NCBI GenBank assembly: GCA_017452895.1
Contig: JAFTLE010000007.1
Location: 1 to 55,623 of the forward strand
Direction of reading: 5' to 3'
Origin: Clostridia bacterium
Lineage (GTDB): Bacteria; Bacillota; Clostridia; Oscillospirales; CAG-272
DNA: 55,623 nt
Part shown: positions 21,405-29,974 of the stretch, in pieces
Layout of the letters: each line of letters begins with the position of its first letter
Position numbering within the stretch: the stretch's first letter is position 1
Notes under the pieces: generated by a model
What the model was told of the DNA's origin: nothing
Database searches by the model: none
Seen by the model: only the letters and a program-made list of their open reading frames with translations
Program-made: the position numbers and the translations under genes

Positions 21405-21857
21405 ATGCTCGAATATATGCTTCTTCTTTGTCTTGCGGCGTTTTTCCTCTTGACGCTTTTGCGCTTGCTGTACCGCCACTCACCGTCGGCGGCGATCGCC
21501 GATCCCGCTCTTCACCGTCTTTGCGGCGCAATCACGCTTGATATTTCGCGGCTTTGTCCGTCAACGCTCTCACTTCGCTGTGCGCCGCGGGTCGAACGGG
21601 GGCGCATCATTCTGGATTTTGAAATCAAAAACGAGGGAGCGCTCATTTCTGCCACCGACGGCGTGCGCCTGCTTCTGACCGCCCAGCTGCGCGATCGCAG
21701 CGGTACCGTGCTTGAGGGGGTCGGCATCGACCTTTATGAGGATTTGCCGCCCGACTCCTACGTTGCCGATGCCGTGACGCTAAACGCCGTTCGCTACCCC
21801 GCCGCGGAATCGATACACGTACGTGTGCTGCTGCTTACCGACTTGCTCGTAGCGTAG
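21405..21857 (+). CDS. Hypothetical protein with N-terminal TM anchor
   Basis: GGGAGGT RBS before ATG 21405; hydrophobic N-terminus and beta-rich remainder. Confidence 0.6.
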   Translation: MLEYMLLLCLAAFFLLTLLRLLYRHSPSAAIADPALHRLCGAITLDISRLCPSTLSLRCAPRVERGRIILDFEIKNEGALISATDGVRLLLTAQLRDRSGTVLEGVGIDLYEDLPPDSYVADAVTLNAVRYPAAESIHVRVLLLTDLLVA

Positions 21858-21858
21858 T

Positions 21859-21895
21859 AAAAAAGCAGTCTCAAGAAATTGAGACTGCTTTTTTT
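21859..21895. terminator. Bidirectional intrinsic terminator
   Basis: AAAAAAGCAGTCTCAA-GAAA-TTGAGACTGCTTTTTT. Confidence 0.85.
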
Positions 21896-22520
21896 ACATA
21901 AACAGACCGAGCGTATTGTCCGCCAGCCTGATCAGATCGGGATAAAAGAGGATAAAGATCACGGAAAGCGCCGCACAAAGGAGAAAGGAAAAGAGGATCA
22001 GCAGCGGCGTTGATCCGCGGCGGCGAAACCTAAATTCCGCGCGGTAGCGCAGCTCCTCGGGAATATAGAAGCGCGTCGATTCAAAGTCAATCGTCTCACG
22101 TAGGGAGACCCTCGGCTTTTTCTTTTTCTCCGCGCTCGGCTCCCCCTCACACTTCTCTGCCGCCTCGGGCACATCGGCTTTTTCGGGGGTCACAAGTCGT
22201 ATGAGCTTTCGCATCACAGACCCCTGACTTTGCAGATTGTGACGGATCAGAAGGCTACGCGCAAGCCCAAGATCGGCAAGACTTTGTGCATTTTCCTCGG
22301 AAAATGCCGATTTTTGCTGTAATCGCGTGATAAATCTGCCAAGATATCGCTTTTGATAGATCACCGCAAGCGATGCGAGAAAGATGCCGAGGAAGATTCC
22401 GAGGATGAGGATCACGAAGAACTCGCCCGTCGTGTCTATTTTGAAAAATCGGTATCCCGTCAAGCGCACGTTGACACAGCGATCCATAAAATATGTGTAA
22501 AGCTCCTGATATAGAGACAT
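21894..22520 (-). CDS. Hypothetical membrane protein (2 TM)
   Basis: AAGGGG RBS; two hydrophobic helices flanking a basic loop. Confidence 0.7.
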   Translation of the reverse strand: MSLYQELYTYFMDRCVNVRLTGYRFFKIDTTGEFFVILILGIFLGIFLASLAVIYQKRYLGRFITRLQQKSAFSEENAQSLADLGLARSLLIRHNLQSQGSVMRKLIRLVTPEKADVPEAAEKCEGEPSAEKKKKPRVSLRETIDFESTRFYIPEELRYRAEFRFRRRGSTPLLILFSFLLCAALSVIFILFYPDLIRLADNTLGLFM

Positions 22521-22608
22521 AAAAACCCCTTTGGTAAAAAATGGAAAAACAAGAATACGCTCCCCTTGATCCTATTCTAACAAAGCCGCCTTAAATCGGG
22601 CTTAAGGA

Positions 22609-23505
22609 TCAAAGCTCGTTGTTGAAGTCCTTGCCGCAGATCTGTGAGAGCAGGATCTCGAGGTCCTCGTTGTCCTCGTAGAAGATGGTAACCGATTGCT
22701 TACCCTTCTTTGCAGAGATCTTGACCTTTCTGCCAAGATTGCGCATCATACGGCTTTCAAGCTCCGCCACGTAATCGATTTGCAGGGGCTTTGCCTCGGC
22801 TTCCGCCTCGGTGTCCTTCTCTGCCTTCGCCTTGCGTGCGAGGTGTTTTCTGACCTCATCCTCAAGCGTACGGACCGACCATTCGTTTTCCGCGGTCTTC
22901 TCTGCCAGAAGGAGCATATCTTCCTTTTCGCGCAGAGAAAGCAGGGTGCGGGCGTGTCCTGCGGAGAGCGTTCCGTCCGCTACCAGACCCAGAAGCTCCT
23001 TCGGAAGCTCCAAAAGGCGCATAAAATTAGCAATCGCACTGCGGCTCTTGCCGATTTTCTGCGAAATTTCCTCCTGCGTCATATGATATTCCTCCGCAAG
23101 TGAGCGATATGCCATCGCTTCCTCAAGCGGATTGAGATCCTCGCGCTGAATATTCTCGATCAGGGCGATCTGCGCCACCTTCTGCTCATCGCCGTCCACG
23201 ATTACAACGGGAACTTCGGTCAGCCCCGCCATCTTGGAGGCGCGCCAACGGCGCTCCCCTGCCACGATCTGATAACGGTCGTCAATCAGGTTGCGAACGA
23301 GGATCGGCTGCAACACGCCGTGTACGGCAATCGAATCAGCAAGCTGCGAAAGCGCCTCTGTATCAAAGTTTTTGCGGGGTTGTCCCGCCTTAGGCTCGAT
23401 TTGATTGATGCGAAGGGTCTTTACCCCTTCGTTTTCCTGCGTTTCCAACGCATTTTCAAGGAAAATGGCGTCAATACCGCGTCCAAGTGCAGAATTTTTC
23501 TTCAT
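22609..23505 (-). CDS. parB: Chromosome partitioning protein ParB/Spo0J
   Basis: LGRGIDAI, QPRKNFD, GERRWRAS CTPase motif, ENIQREDL, HTH GKSRSAIAN. Confidence 0.96.
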   Translation of the reverse strand: MKKNSALGRGIDAIFLENALETQENEGVKTLRINQIEPKAGQPRKNFDTEALSQLADSIAVHGVLQPILVRNLIDDRYQIVAGERRWRASKMAGLTEVPVVIVDGDEQKVAQIALIENIQREDLNPLEEAMAYRSLAEEYHMTQEEISQKIGKSRSAIANFMRLLELPKELLGLVADGTLSAGHARTLLSLREKEDMLLLAEKTAENEWSVRTLEDEVRKHLARKAKAEKDTEAEAEAKPLQIDYVAELESRMMRNLGRKVKISAKKGKQSVTIFYEDNEDLEILLSQICGKDFNNEL

Positions 23506-23526
23506 TTTTCGTCATCCTTTCCGAAT

Positions 23527-23542
23527 TGTTTCACGTGAAACG
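23527..23542. promoter_or_regulatory. parS site between parA and parB
   Basis: TGTTTCACGTGAAACG, 15/16 match to the consensus. Confidence 0.85.
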
Positions 23543-24304
23543 TTAGATCCGCATTAAAATTTCCTTGGCAACGGCCTGATATTCAAGCGCACCCTTGTTA
23601 TAGCGCGCGTAATAGCAGATCGGCTTGCCGAAGCTCGGTGCCTCACTCAGCTTGACCGAGCGTGAAATCTCGTTTTTAAAAAGCTTTTCAGTATAGTATT
23701 TGGCTATTTCTTCCTTAACCTGCTTAGTCAGGAGCAGTTGCTTGTTGTACATCGTCAAAAGAATGCCCGTTATATCGAGATTGGGGTTATAAAGCTGGCG
23801 CACCTTACGGACGGTGATCATCAGCTGCGAAAGCCCCTCAAGCGCGTAATACTCACATTGCATCGGGATAATGATGCCGTCGGATGCCGCAAGTGCGTTG
23901 ACGGTCAGAAGCCCGAGTGCGGGCGGACAGTCGATAAAGATGTAATCATAGTCCCCCAAAAGCGGCGCAAGCATCTTTTTGGCACAAAGCGCCTGATTTT
24001 CCATCTGGCTAAGGTCAAGCTCTGCTCCTGCGAGCAGGATATTTGAGGGCATAATGGACAAATTCGTAAATTTCGTCTTATGTACGACCGATTTTGAGTC
24101 GGCTTTTTCAATCAGGGCGTCATAAACCGATACGGTCAGCTTATTTTTCGTAATTCCAAGTCCTGCGGTGGCATTTCCTTGCGGGTCCATGTCCACAAGC
24201 AGCACTCTTTTTCCAAGGCGACCCATTGCGGCGGATATATTGATTGCGGTGGTCGTTTTGCCAACGCCGCCCTTCTGGTTCGCAAATGAAATGATTTTTG
24301 CCAT
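23543..24304 (-). CDS. parA: Chromosome partitioning ATPase ParA/Soj
   Basis: NQKGGVGKTTT, DMDPQGNAT, IDCPP, PMQCEYYALEG, EAPSFG; GGAGGG RBS before ATG 24304. Confidence 0.96.
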   Translation of the reverse strand: MAKIISFANQKGGVGKTTTAINISAAMGRLGKRVLLVDMDPQGNATAGLGITKNKLTVSVYDALIEKADSKSVVHKTKFTNLSIMPSNILLAGAELDLSQMENQALCAKKMLAPLLGDYDYIFIDCPPALGLLTVNALAASDGIIIPMQCEYYALEGLSQLMITVRKVRQLYNPNLDITGILLTMYNKQLLLTKQVKEEIAKYYTEKLFKNEISRSVKLSEAPSFGKPICYYARYNKGALEYQAVAKEILMRI

Positions 24305-24343
24305 AATTCCCTCCGTTTTGTAGAAAAAATTGCTGTTATTAAC

Positions 24344-24373
24344 AGTATACCATAGAATGATACGCCGTGTCAA
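24344..24373 (-). promoter_or_regulatory. Sigma-A promoter of parAB
   Basis: TTGACA-18 bp-TATACT with extended -10 TG. Confidence 0.65.
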
Positions 24374-24400
24374 TCAAAAATTCACGCATTTTTCTCGGAT

Positions 24401-24496
24401 TGTTTCACGTGGAACAAAAATTGACAAATTCCGCAAAAATTGTTTCACGTGAAACAAAGATAGACAGAAAACACTAAGAATGTTTCACGTGAAACA
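24401..24496. repeat. Three parS sites at 40-bp period
   Basis: TGTTTCACGTGGAACA (24401), TGTTTCACGTGAAACA (24441), TGTTTCACGTGAAACA (24481). Confidence 0.95.
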
Positions 24497-24577
24497 AAAT
24501 GCGCGCAATTCGCCGCACAATCGGCAAGAAAAAAGGTCGGAACCGCGAAACAAATCTCACCAACTCTGCAAAAGGCA

Positions 24578-24606
24578 TTGACTTTACACGCGAAAAGCGG
24601 TATAAT
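24578..24606 (+). promoter_or_regulatory. Sigma-A promoter
   Basis: TTGACT-17 bp-TATAAT. Confidence 0.75.
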
Positions 24607-24651
24607 AATAAGGAATAAAGGTACAAGCCGTCACTGGAGGAGGAATGCAGT

Positions 24652-25137
24652 ATGTCCCTTGAAAATGCGCGCGCATATCTTGCAAAATTTGGGCTTGACG
24701 GGCAGATCCGCAGCTTTTCGGTCTCAAGTGCGACCGTGCCGCTTGCCGCCGCCGCCTTGGGCGTTGAGGAGGCAAGAATTGCAAAAACGCTATCGCTTCA
24801 CGTTGGCACGGAGCAGATCCTCTTAGTTTGTGCGGGGGATGCACGCATTCACAACCAAAAATTCAAATTCCGCTTCAGCGCGAAGCCGCGGATGCTATCA
24901 CCCGATGAGGTGGGAACGTTGATTGGACATGAAATCGGCGGTGTTTGTCCCTTCGGTGTGAGGGATGGGGTAAGGATCTACCTTGACGACAGTCTTTTAC
25001 GCTTTGAAAGCGTTTTTCCCGCTTGCGGAGAGGCGAATAATGCCATTGAGCTTTCACCAAACGAGCTTTTTCGCGTTTCGGGTGCGCTCGAATGGGTCGA
25101 CGTCTGCAAATTACCGGGTGAGGACACCGCATTCTGA
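24652..25137 (+). CDS. YbaK/EbsC-family aminoacyl-tRNA editing protein
   Basis: SSATVPLAAAALGV..RIAKTL, GHEIGGVCPFG, PACG. Confidence 0.9.
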   Translation: MSLENARAYLAKFGLDGQIRSFSVSSATVPLAAAALGVEEARIAKTLSLHVGTEQILLVCAGDARIHNQKFKFRFSAKPRMLSPDEVGTLIGHEIGGVCPFGVRDGVRIYLDDSLLRFESVFPACGEANNAIELSPNELFRVSGALEWVDVCKLPGEDTAF

Positions 25138-25201
25138 TTTAAGTAGATTTAATTCGTCAATGTTAGACTGATACAGTTAATTGACCTGAAAGGGAAACGA
25201 T

Positions 25202-26173
25202 ATGATAGAAATTGAAAACCTTGTGAAACGCTACGGCAACGTGTATGCGCTGGACGACGTTTCGCTGAGTATAGGAGAAGGAGAGATCGTCGGTCTCCTC
25301 GGCCCCAACGGCGCAGGGAAGAGCACGACGATGAATATTCTGACGGGCTATTTGTCCGCAACCTCCGGATCGGTATGCGTAAACGGCATTCATATCCTTG
25401 AGAATCCGAAGGCGGTTAAGCGGCAGATCGGCTATCTGCCCGAGCAGCCGCCGCTTTACCCCGAAATGACGGTAAAGGAATACCTGAATTTTGTATACGA
25501 ACTGAAGGGCTGTACGCTGGATAGGGAAGCACACCTTGCGGAGATCTGCAAGGTCGTGCGGCTTGAGGATGTTTCTCACCGACTCATCTCGCATCTTTCG
25601 AAGGGCTACCGTCAGCGCGTCGGCATTGCGCAGGCACTTATCGGCGATCCGCCCGTGCTGATCTTCGACGAGCCGACCGTCGGTCTTGACCCAAAGCAGA
25701 TCATAGAGGTGCGAAATCTGCTCCGTACCCTCGGAAAGAGGCATACCGTCATTCTCAGCACCCATATTTTACCAGAGGTACAGGCGGTTTGCGAGCGGAT
25801 CATCATCATTGACCGCGGAAGGATTATCGCAAACGCGAAAACCGAGGACCTGGCGCGCCGTCTTGAGGACGCGCAGAGCTTCCGTGTGAAGATCTGCGGC
25901 CCGCAGAAGGAGGTTGCCGCCGCCTTGCGTGAGCAAAGCGGCGTTGCGAAGGTCGAAGCACTCCCCGAGCGCGACGGCGAAAGCTACGTATTTATCGTTG
26001 AATCGATGAGCAAGGTCGATATCCGCCGCAGCATTTTCACGCTATGCGCGGGTAAGAATTGGCCGATGCTCGCGCTGGAGCCGATCGGCACCGACCTTGA
26101 GCAGATCTTTTTGCGTCTGGTCGAGGGTGAAAAGGCAGAGAAGGAAAGCAAGAAAAGGAAGGGCAAAAGATGA
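25202..26173 (+). CDS. ABC ATPase, GldA-like
   Basis: GPNGAGKSTTM, GYLPEQPPLYPEMTV, LSKGYRQRVG, DEPTVGLDPKQ. Confidence 0.9.
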   Translation: MIEIENLVKRYGNVYALDDVSLSIGEGEIVGLLGPNGAGKSTTMNILTGYLSATSGSVCVNGIHILENPKAVKRQIGYLPEQPPLYPEMTVKEYLNFVYELKGCTLDREAHLAEICKVVRLEDVSHRLISHLSKGYRQRVGIAQALIGDPPVLIFDEPTVGLDPKQIIEVRNLLRTLGKRHTVILSTHILPEVQAVCERIIIIDRGRIIANAKTEDLARRLEDAQSFRVKICGPQKEVAAALREQSGVAKVEALPERDGESYVFIVESMSKVDIRRSIFTLCAGKNWPMLALEPIGTDLEQIFLRLVEGEKAEKESKKRKGKR

Positions 26174-26874
26174 TAGCAATTTATAAAAGAGAGATGCGCG
26201 CCTATTTCACGACGCCCATCGGATACATATTCCTCGCGTTTTTCCTCGCTACCGCGGCACTCGTATTCAGCCTGACCACACTCTACGCAATGACCACCGA
26301 TGTCACGGGCTATTTTCAGGTGCTTCTTTACGGAATGATCGTGCTTCTACCGCTTCTGACGATGAAGCTCTTTTCCGAGGAGCGAAAGCAGAAGACCGAG
26401 CAGCTCCTGTTGACCGCCCCTGTCTCGCTTTTCAGCATGGTGTTCGCGAAATTCCTCGCCGCCTTCACCGTCTATGCGGGTGCGCTCACCGTTACACTTC
26501 TGTTTTTTCCAATTTTGGAAATTTATGGAAGCGTCAAGCTCGGTATGCTCTTTGGCAACTACCTCGCGCTTCTGCTTGCGGGCATGGCGTTTATCGCGAT
26601 CGGCGTGTTTATTTCCGCGCTGACCGAAAATCAGCTGACCGCGGCGGTTGGCACGATCGGCATCCTCATCCTTCAGCTCGGTATTTCGCTGCTCAATTCG
26701 CTCCTTGGTGAGTATTGGGCACGCTTTATCGTTGCCTCACTGTCGGTATTTTCGCGTTTTTCCGCGTTCACGCAGGGCATTTTCGATTATTCCGCCGCCA
26801 TCTACTATCTGTCCTTTACGGCGATTTTCCTCTTTTTGACGGTTGCCGTCTTCCACCGCCGCCGTTACGAATAA
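26170..26874 (+). CDS. ABC-2 permease, GldF-like
   Basis: KREMRAYFTTPIGY, PLLTMKLFSEERK.KTEQLLLTAP, SALTENQ; about six TM helices. Confidence 0.85.
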   Translation: MIAIYKREMRAYFTTPIGYIFLAFFLATAALVFSLTTLYAMTTDVTGYFQVLLYGMIVLLPLLTMKLFSEERKQKTEQLLLTAPVSLFSMVFAKFLAAFTVYAGALTVTLLFFPILEIYGSVKLGMLFGNYLALLLAGMAFIAIGVFISALTENQLTAAVGTIGILILQLGISLLNSLLGEYWARFIVASLSVFSRFSAFTQGIFDYSAAIYYLSFTAIFLFLTVAVFHRRRYE

Positions 26875-26886
26875 GGAGTGCCCCCA

Positions 26887-28335
26887 ATGAAGAAAAAACT
26901 GAAATTAAAGCCGAAAACACGGCGCAGGCTCTCGCTTGCCGCATTGATCGCCTCCTTCCTTTTGATGGTCGTGATGGCGAATGCGGTGATCTACGCGCTT
27001 GCCTACGAGTATAACGTCTATACTTATACCGAAAAGCGGCAGGAGCATACGATCGGCACGGGTACGGAGGCGGTTTTTGCAGACGTGCCGAAGGACGCGC
27101 GCGTGCGCATTCTCTTCTGTATGGGTGAGGACGCGCTAAAGATCGATGCCTACTGTCAATCGGTGCTGCGGACTGCGCGTCAGCTTGAGCAAAAATACAG
27201 CTTTATCTCGGTTGATTTCACCAACATTTACCTAGACCCCGACAGCGTCTCGGACTATCGCGGTCCCGAAGGCATCGACGCGATCCAGGAAACGACCGTT
27301 ATTGTGGAATCCAACCTCGGCACGGACACCTACGTCACGCAGGATATGAAGGGCTTTTTCCGTTATGAAAACGCCAACAACGACACGCCGATTGCCTACG
27401 TCGGCGAGCAGATGTTCGCTTATCTCATCGGCTCCGTCGTTCACTCGAACCGCCCGACCGTCTATTTCACGACCCAGCACGGAGAAAGCTCGACGCTCGC
27501 GCTCGGCAATCTCTTCGGGCTTGGCGGTTACACGGTCAAGACCATCGATTTGACGCTTGAAAGCATCCCCGAGGATGCGACGATGCTTGTAATCTCGAAT
27601 CCCACCTACGACTTTTCAAAGGGGGCGGAGGGCTCGGGCATCATTGCCGAGATTGAAAAACTGGAAAGTTATCTTGCGCGCGGGGGAAACCTCACGGTCT
27701 TCTTCGACGGCGCGGAGGTCTCGCTCCCGAATTTTGAAAATTTTCTCGCCGAATACGGCGTTATTTGTGAAAAGGCGACTCTACGCGACTTTTCCACGTC
27801 GATCACACCCGACGGCTACGCCCTCGCCACGGCCTATGGCACCTCGGCGCACGCCGCGCTGATGAAGGCGCGTACCGAACCCTACGATAGCTTCGGCTCG
27901 GTCATGGCGCGTGCCGCCCGCATCACAGAGAGAGACGTTGAGGGGGTCAGCGTTGAGCCGTTGCTCTTCGTCACGGGTGAGAGTGAGCGCGACGGCGAAA
28001 TTGTCAGCGAGCAGGGTGAATATCCCGTCGTCACCTTGTCGACGAAGGGAGAAGGACAGATCCTTCTGTTTTCGGGCGTCCGCTTTGCCGATAGCGGCTA
28101 CATTTACAGCAACCGCTATTCCAACGCGGATTTCCTCTACGCCGCCATTGAGCTGATGGATGAAACCGCATCCTCGATGCCGATCGGCTGCACCGAAATG
28201 CCCTATGTGACCACCGCTATCGAGGGCTTGACGATGGGACAGGCACGCACCTTCCTCATCCTCGGTGCCGTCGTCCTGCCGCTTCTGATCCTCGCCTTCG
28301 GCGTAGCGGTCGGATTGCGCCGTAAATTCCGCTGA
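26887..28335 (+). CDS. GldG-family ABC auxiliary component (copy 1)
   Basis: N- and C-terminal TM; VYFTTQHGE, IPEDATMLVISNPTYDF, LESYLARGG, SNADF. Confidence 0.75.
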   Translation: MKKKLKLKPKTRRRLSLAALIASFLLMVVMANAVIYALAYEYNVYTYTEKRQEHTIGTGTEAVFADVPKDARVRILFCMGEDALKIDAYCQSVLRTARQLEQKYSFISVDFTNIYLDPDSVSDYRGPEGIDAIQETTVIVESNLGTDTYVTQDMKGFFRYENANNDTPIAYVGEQMFAYLIGSVVHSNRPTVYFTTQHGESSTLALGNLFGLGGYTVKTIDLTLESIPEDATMLVISNPTYDFSKGAEGSGIIAEIEKLESYLARGGNLTVFFDGAEVSLPNFENFLAEYGVICEKATLRDFSTSITPDGYALATAYGTSAHAALMKARTEPYDSFGSVMARAARITERDVEGVSVEPLLFVTGESERDGEIVSEQGEYPVVTLSTKGEGQILLFSGVRFADSGYIYSNRYSNADFLYAAIELMDETASSMPIGCTEMPYVTTAIEGLTMGQARTFLILGAVVLPLLILAFGVAVGLRRKFR

Positions 28336-28350
28336 AAAGGAGATTTCTAA

Positions 28351-29961
28351 ATGAAGCTTTTTAAAATCAAACGCTTCTTCAGCGGACGGCGCGGGCGTTA
28401 TCTGCTTTTTGCCGCGGTATCCCTGCTTTCGATCCTTTTGCTCTTGGTCGGAAACATTCTGTTTACACAGCTTGCGAAAAAGAAAAATATCTTCACCGAC
28501 CTTTCCGCAGAGGGGCTTTATACGATGACCGACCTGATGGAGCAAACGATGACGTCGGTCGATCGGGATATCACGGTCACCTTCTGCAGTGACCCCGACG
28601 TGCTGTACGCGAACGAGCGATTGCGCCACGTCTATATCCTGGCGCTTGAGGTTGCAAAGAAGAGCGACCGCATCACGGTCGAGACCGTGAATATCAAAAA
28701 AGAGCCCGAGCGGGTCGAGCGCTTCCGCACCACGGGAGCGAGTGAGATCCTTCCCACCGACGTGATCTTCAGTAGCGGTGCGCGCTACGCGATCTACGGG
28801 CAAAACGCCTTCTGGTCGACCGAATCCGACGGCACGACCGTCTGGGCATTCCAGGGCGAATACAAAATGGCGACTGCCATTCTGACCGTCGCCGCAAGCT
28901 CGCTCCCCTCGGCTTATTTCTCGGTCGGGCACGGAGAGCTGTACTACGATCCCAACAATGCCGACCACCCCGACAACGCATACCTTGAGGAATTCTACCG
29001 ACTCCTCCTTGAAACGGGCATGACCGTCGGTACCGTCGATCTTGAAAAGGAGGACGTCCCAGAGGACTGTGCCCTCCTTCTCGTCATCGAGCCGAAGACG
29101 GATTTTGTAAATGATAGTTTACATAGTCTTTACGAAAAGCCCGCGCTCGAGCGACTTGACCGCTATCTGTGCGGCGAGTACGGCTCGACGATGGTATTCC
29201 TTGACCCCGAGCATACCCTGCCGAATCTCAATGAATTCCTCGGTGAATGGGGACTTGCGGTCGGCGATGGGACCGTTGCCGACACCAAAGGAAGTCTTGA
29301 CCCCGAGGCGGGCGGAAAAACGCTGATCGCCACCTACGGCAACGCAAACGATGAGTCCGCGGTCGGTTACTCCTATTATAGCTCGATTGCAAGCCTCGTC
29401 GCACCGCCGAAGACGATCCTGAAGGACGTCCGTCCGCTCTCGCTCACGTGGGGTGAGGAGGAGAGCTACGAATTCCATTATAACTACATCTCACTTTGCC
29501 GCGGCGTATCTCCCTTCTTCCTTTCAAGCGCGGGGGCACAGGTCGTCAAGGGAAGCGAGACCGTTGCACAGGGAGGTCCCTTCGTGCTGGCGGCGATCTC
29601 AACGCAGATCTATACCGACAGCATTGGGAACGACCATTTTTCCTACGTCTTTACCGCGGGCGGCTCCGAGATGATTTCGAGTGAATTCCTGAAAAACGCC
29701 GCCTACGCCAACCGCGACATCACGGCGTCGGTTCTGCGTGAGATTTCGCGTACCGACGCTTACGCCCCGATGGAGCTTGGCGCCGCAAATCTCAACAACC
29801 AAGAGACCTACGGCGGCAACCGTCTGCAAAGCGATGCCTTTGAGAGCACGGAGGGACTCACGCTCGGTAAGATCGTGCTTTACACCCTGCTCGTTCTCGT
29901 GCCGGCGATCGCCGCACCCGTCGTGTGCATCGTGATCCGCATCCGCCGCCGCTATTTATAA
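28351..29961 (+). CDS. GldG-family ABC auxiliary component (copy 2)
   Basis: DLSAEGLYTM, AYFSVGHGE, VPEDCALLLVIEPKTDF, LPNLNEFLGEWGL, ANRD; C-terminal TM plus RRR. Confidence 0.8.
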   Translation: MKLFKIKRFFSGRRGRYLLFAAVSLLSILLLLVGNILFTQLAKKKNIFTDLSAEGLYTMTDLMEQTMTSVDRDITVTFCSDPDVLYANERLRHVYILALEVAKKSDRITVETVNIKKEPERVERFRTTGASEILPTDVIFSSGARYAIYGQNAFWSTESDGTTVWAFQGEYKMATAILTVAASSLPSAYFSVGHGELYYDPNNADHPDNAYLEEFYRLLLETGMTVGTVDLEKEDVPEDCALLLVIEPKTDFVNDSLHSLYEKPALERLDRYLCGEYGSTMVFLDPEHTLPNLNEFLGEWGLAVGDGTVADTKGSLDPEAGGKTLIATYGNANDESAVGYSYYSSIASLVAPPKTILKDVRPLSLTWGEEESYEFHYNYISLCRGVSPFFLSSAGAQVVKGSETVAQGGPFVLAAISTQIYTDSIGNDHFSYVFTAGGSEMISSEFLKNAAYANRDITASVLREISRTDAYAPMELGAANLNNQETYGGNRLQSDAFESTEGLTLGKIVLYTLLVLVPAIAAPVVCIVIRIRRRYL

Positions 29962-29974
29962 GAAGGAGGAAGCT

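Noticed and set aside
24401-24496. CRISPR-like pattern (palindromic repeats with constant-length unique spacers)
   Set aside because: The repeat is only 16 bp, matches the parS consensus, lies next to parAB, and no cas genes are present.
25202-29961. Gliding motility
   Set aside because: Only GldA/F/G-like ABC parts are present; no T9SS or motor genes, and the organism is a Gram-positive spore-former.
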